45,386 nucleotides of DNA from Xanthobacteraceae bacterium (GTDB lineage: Bacteria > Pseudomonadota > Alphaproteobacteria > Rhizobiales > Xanthobacteraceae): assembly GCA_051961815.1 (NCBI GenBank), contig JBQCCX010000068.1:1-45386 (forward strand), given 5' to 3'. The notes beneath the pieces were generated by a model. It did not search any database. It saw only the letters and a program-made list of their open reading frames with translations, and was not told the origin of the DNA. Below, piece after piece: positions 42,028 to 45,386 of the stretch. The translations under genes were made by a program, and so were the position numbers. Position 1 is the first letter of the stretch, and every line of letters starts with the position of its first letter.

Positions 42028-43692
42028 TCAGAATTCCCGGCGTTTGAGCAGGTAATCAAGCCCGCCGACGCGATACCAGCGATAGCCATACGCTTCGAGA
42101 CAGACGCGGTGCTTGCCGTTCGGCAACCTGTTGCTGTGATCTTCCGACAACAAGCTGATCAACTTGCCGCGGTCCTCCCCGCCCAGGCCAGTCGCGAATT
42201 CCACCTCGCGCGGCTCGGAGGCAAGATTGTGCAGCGTCAAAACCGAATTGTTGCGCCAATCATAACGGACCGCAAAAATCGCTTTGTCGCCGAGGTCCAA
42301 CACCTTGAAATCGCCCCAACCGATCTCAGGCACCTCCTTACGCATGCGAATAATGCGCTCGGTCCAGTTCAACAGCGAATTTGGATCGCGACGCTGATCG
42401 GCCGCGTTGACGTGCTGGTAGCTATACGGGCCGTCATCGATGACGGGTACGACCGGCTTTTTGTTTTTGGTAAAACCGCCGTGCGGCTCGCGCGACCACT
42501 GCATTGGCGTACGGCAACTTGTCCGCTCCGGCAATGCCAGATTGTCGCCCATGCCCAGCTCGTCGCCATAGCGGAGCACCGGCGTTCCCGGCAATGTGAA
42601 CATCAGGCTGTAGGCCAGTTCGATGCGCCGCCGGTCGCCGCCAAGCATCGGCGCCAGCCGCCTCCTGATGCCGCGGTCATAGAGTTGATCTTGCGGATTT
42701 GGCCCGAACGCGGCGAACACCGTTTGCCGCTGCTTCTCGGTCAAGCGGCCAAGATCGAGCTCATCATGATTGCGCAGAAAATTGCCCCATTGGCTGGTCG
42801 CCGGCCGGCTTTTGGTTTTGTCCATTGCCTTGCCCAATAGCCGCCCATCCGCGGATGCCATGGCGTAAAACAAATGTTGATTGACCTGGAAATTGAACAT
42901 CATGTGCATCCGATCGCCTGCGGCCCCGAAATAGTTCATGTCGGTGCGCGGCAAGACATTCGCCTCGGCGAGGATGATCGAGTCGCCAACACGCCATTGC
43001 AGAAATTCGCGCAGCGAGCGCAGCATCTCGTAATGCTCCCGCGGTTTGCCGACGTCGGCGCCCTTGCTGCTGATCACGAACGGCACGGCGTCCATGCGAA
43101 AACCAGAGACGCCGAGCTGGATCCAAAACCCCATGATCTTGAGGAGTTCGGACTGCACGGCCGGATTGAGGGTATTGAGGTCGGGCTGAAAATCATAAAA
43201 CCGGTGAAAATACCATTGCCGTGCAACGCTATCGTAGCTCCAGGTCGACTTCTGCACGCCCGGAAAAACCATTCCTTTATTGGCCTTCGGCGGACGCTTT
43301 TTCGACCAGACATACCAATCGCGATATTTCGACTTTGGGTCGCGCCGCGCCTCTTGAAACCATTTGTGCTCGTTTGAGGTATGATTGATGACAAGATCGA
43401 TGATGACGCGGATGCCGCGTTGGGCGGCAGCGTGGGTAAAATCGACGAAATCGCCGAGCGTCCCATAGGCCGGGTTGACGCCGTAATAATCCGAAATGTC
43501 ATAGCCGTCGTCGCGGCCCGGAGAGGTTTGGAACGGCATCAACCAAATCGCGGTGACGCCGAGCCCGTGCAAATAATCGAGACGACGCATGAGTCCCTGG
43601 AAATCGCCGATGCCGTCGCCATTGGCGTCCATGTAACTGCCGACCGACAGGCAATAAATGACGGCATTCTTGTACCAGAGGTGTTTGATCAT
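42028..43692 (-). CDS. GH13 family enzyme, trehalose-synthase (TreS)/amylosucrase-like
   Basis: WYKNAVIYCLSVGSYMDANGDGIGDFQGL...DLVINHTSNEHKWF; GVSGFRMDAVPF; ILAEAN; FLRNHDEL. 554 aa, so there is no fused maltokinase domain. Confidence 0.75.
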   Translation of the reverse strand: MIKHLWYKNAVIYCLSVGSYMDANGDGIGDFQGLMRRLDYLHGLGVTAIWLMPFQTSPGRDDGYDISDYYGVNPAYGTLGDFVDFTHAAAQRGIRVIIDLVINHTSNEHKWFQEARRDPKSKYRDWYVWSKKRPPKANKGMVFPGVQKSTWSYDSVARQWYFHRFYDFQPDLNTLNPAVQSELLKIMGFWIQLGVSGFRMDAVPFVISSKGADVGKPREHYEMLRSLREFLQWRVGDSIILAEANVLPRTDMNYFGAAGDRMHMMFNFQVNQHLFYAMASADGRLLGKAMDKTKSRPATSQWGNFLRNHDELDLGRLTEKQRQTVFAAFGPNPQDQLYDRGIRRRLAPMLGGDRRRIELAYSLMFTLPGTPVLRYGDELGMGDNLALPERTSCRTPMQWSREPHGGFTKNKKPVVPVIDDGPYSYQHVNAADQRRDPNSLLNWTERIIRMRKEVPEIGWGDFKVLDLGDKAIFAVRYDWRNNSVLTLHNLASEPREVEFATGLGGEDRGKLISLLSEDHSNRLPNGKHRVCLEAYGYRWYRVGGLDYLLKRREF

Positions 43693-43850
43693 CTGCTTGC
43701 GCGAGTTCGCCTGTCCGCAGCCTAGCTAAACGGCGCAACTCGCGAGCGGTTCCACGCGCCGGGCCCGAGCGCGTTTGTCGAACAAGCGACATCCCCTTGC
43801 ATAAAATAGACAATGAAGCGCTTCACGCGAGAGCCGGCCCAGCAGGCCAG

Positions 43851-45386
43851 TCACATCGGCAAGTCCTGAACGGCGCGCGCCGCCTCATTGATGGCGAGAT
43901 GCGCATAGGCATCGCCGCCGGCGTCCGAATTGGCGATGGCCACGCGGCCGAACGGCTGCCGCGCCAGTTTGAGCACGCGATCGTCGTAGTCGTCGGGATC
44001 GAAAAGCGAATTGGCGACGTAGCCGTAGCCGTGGGGCCAGCGATTGACCGTGATCGCCGCAATGTCGCGCTCGCCGACAAAGCCGCCGGCGCCGAGCATG
44101 CGGTCGAGCTGGTCGTGAATGCGCGCCTCGAAATCCGCGAAAGTCATGGCCAGCAGCTTGGCCTGGCCGATGTGAAATTGCGCGCGTGCATCGAGCCCGG
44201 AATTCGGTGCGCCCGGCACGTGTTCGAGATGGAGCACGATCGGCTCCGCCGGATCGCGGGGGTGGCGATAGCCGCCGAGATCGACCGGAAAATCGAGTGT
44301 GACATGAGAGAAGAAGCTCATCGGCGCAGCGATGTCGGAGACCTTGAGCGCGAGCCATGGTTGCCAGTTGCGCACCACCACATTGGTGTAGACCAGCGGC
44401 GTCTTGACATTGAGCGCCAGCGCCTCGCGTTGCGCGGCCGGCAGATCGGGCGCGAGGTGCGGAATCATCATGTGGAAGCAGGCCAGGACGGCGTGCTTTG
44501 CCGTCACCCGATGCGGCGCGCCGCCTCTAGCGCCGACATAGCCGATGCTGACCGCCTCGCCGCGTTGGCGCACATCGATCACCGTCGATTGCAGGCGAAT
44601 GCGCACCGCGTTGCCGGCGCGATCGAGCGCGCCATAGTCGAATCCGGCCAGCACGATATCATCCATGGTGTGGCCGGGCGCGGCCTCGGGAACGAGCGAA
44701 CGCACCAACAGCCGCACCAGCGACGCATTGCCATCGGGGAAGTGATAAATGTACGGCTCCTTCCATTCCGGATGATCCTCGGCCGCAAGGCCAAGTCCGG
44801 CGAAGCCCGGATAGCCGAAGCTGTGCAGATCGAGCGCCGCCACCGCATCGCAGCCGAGCCCGAAAAAGCCGAGCGGGCGGCCCTGAAAGCAGTTCGCCAC
44901 CTCCTCGCTGCAGCCGCAGATCTTGATCAGATAATCCCGGTAGCTCGTGCTCTTGAGGATTTGAGCTTTTTCCTCTGCCGGCTTGCCGGCAAGCGGATCG
45001 CGTTCGCGGTCGTACAACGATAGCAATTGCCGTTTGCTCGCGTCCGCTATCGGCATTGCCGCGATAAAATCCGTCAGCGCCGAACCGCCCTCCGCGCCGC
45101 GCGACACCAAGGCATCGCCGGCAACAAGTGCATCACGGCCAAAATTCTCGCGATCGAAAAATACGCCGCGCGACAGCCCGAGCGAGGAATAGAAGGTGCG
45201 GTCGAATGCAGCGTCGAACCGGGACACGTCCACGCCGAGATCGCGAAGGAGCCCCTTGGCGACGTCGCTCCACAAGGTTTTCGGCGACTGCATCGATTGG
45301 CTGCCGCCATAGCCGATCAGCGTGTGCGCGCCGCTTGAAAATTCATTGCGCTTGGCATGACCGCCGAAATCGTCGTGATTGTCGAG
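43851..45386 (-). CDS. NAD(P)/FAD-binding amine-oxidase-fold protein, spermidine-dehydrogenase-like (C-terminal 511 codons; runs off the right edge)
   Basis: The track ORF starts at an internal Met (45293). The frame stays open to 45386 and reads LDNHDDFGGHAKRNEFSSGAHTLIGYGGSQSMQSPK..., a motif typical of this family. 43851..45386 is a whole number of codons. Confidence 0.65.
   Translation of the reverse strand, partial: LDNHDDFGGHAKRNEFSSGAHTLIGYGGSQSMQSPKTLWSDVAKGLLRDLGVDVSRFDAAFDRTFYSSLGLSRGVFFDRENFGRDALVAGDALVSRGAEGGSALTDFIAAMPIADASKRQLLSLYDRERDPLAGKPAEEKAQILKSTSYRDYLIKICGCSEEVANCFQGRPLGFFGLGCDAVAALDLHSFGYPGFAGLGLAAEDHPEWKEPYIYHFPDGNASLVRLLVRSLVPEAAPGHTMDDIVLAGFDYGALDRAGNAVRIRLQSTVIDVRQRGEAVSIGYVGARGGAPHRVTAKHAVLACFHMMIPHLAPDLPAAQREALALNVKTPLVYTNVVVRNWQPWLALKVSDIAAPMSFFSHVTLDFPVDLGGYRHPRDPAEPIVLHLEHVPGAPNSGLDARAQFHIGQAKLLAMTFADFEARIHDQLDRMLGAGGFVGERDIAAITVNRWPHGYGYVANSLFDPDDYDDRVLKLARQPFGRVAIANSDAGGDAYAHLAINEAARAVQDLPM

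Overview
A visibly GC-rich chromosomal segment that looks alphaproteobacterial. The intergenic repeat families resemble those I associate with Bradyrhizobiaceae/Nitrobacteraceae, but that placement is inference only. I can support about 42 protein-coding genes, and almost all are transport or catabolism genes.

Layout by region:
- 0-10 kb: an aromatic-acid style patchwork. It holds a partial salicylyl-CoA 5-hydroxylase-type flavoprotein, a TPP enzyme, a NitT/TauT-type ABC importer, a VOC protein, an FAD monooxygenase and a Rieske oxygenase alpha/beta pair.
- 10-14.4 kb: a copper-associated neighbourhood. It holds a secreted cytochrome c fusion, a secreted DUF4440-like protein, a DUF2946-like protein, a beta-barrel, CopC and an extended CopD.
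- 14.5-19.2 kb: a five-gene LivJMHFG-type importer.
- 19.5-25.5 kb: a CUT1 sugar importer plus a Zn-dehydrogenase.
- 25.6-26.9 kb: LigAB-type extradiol dioxygenase.
- 27-34.8 kb: a YeiH-like transporter, a secreted alpha/beta hydrolase, a Zn-dehydrogenase, glucarate dehydratase, NDH-2 and HU.
- 35-39.7 kb: a second Liv-type importer in which LivH, LivM and LivG are fused into one 902-aa polypeptide.
- 39.9-45.4 kb: a cupin, two convergent GH13 enzymes and a partial amine-oxidase/spermidine-dehydrogenase-like gene.

Both window edges cut genes. The left one is absent from the ORF track.

I found no rRNA, tRNA, CRISPR array, transposase, integrase, phage gene, recognisable defence system or toxin-antitoxin pair. 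No classical transcription-factor gene is present either.

At least five families of palindromic REP-like elements occupy gene 3' ends.

I cannot point to a clear-cut novel system. The best candidate is the copper/cytochrome cluster at 10.0-14.4 kb, which combines CopC/CopD with several uncharacterised secreted or membrane proteins. Secondary curiosities:
- ~170-bp double-hairpin elements bracketing a solute-binding-protein gene.
- REP elements locked to stop codons.
- An 11-bp triplication that creates stacked mini-uORFs.
- A 4-Cys micro-ORF.
- The triple-fused ABC polypeptide.

All family calls come from motif recognition by eye. No database search was run.
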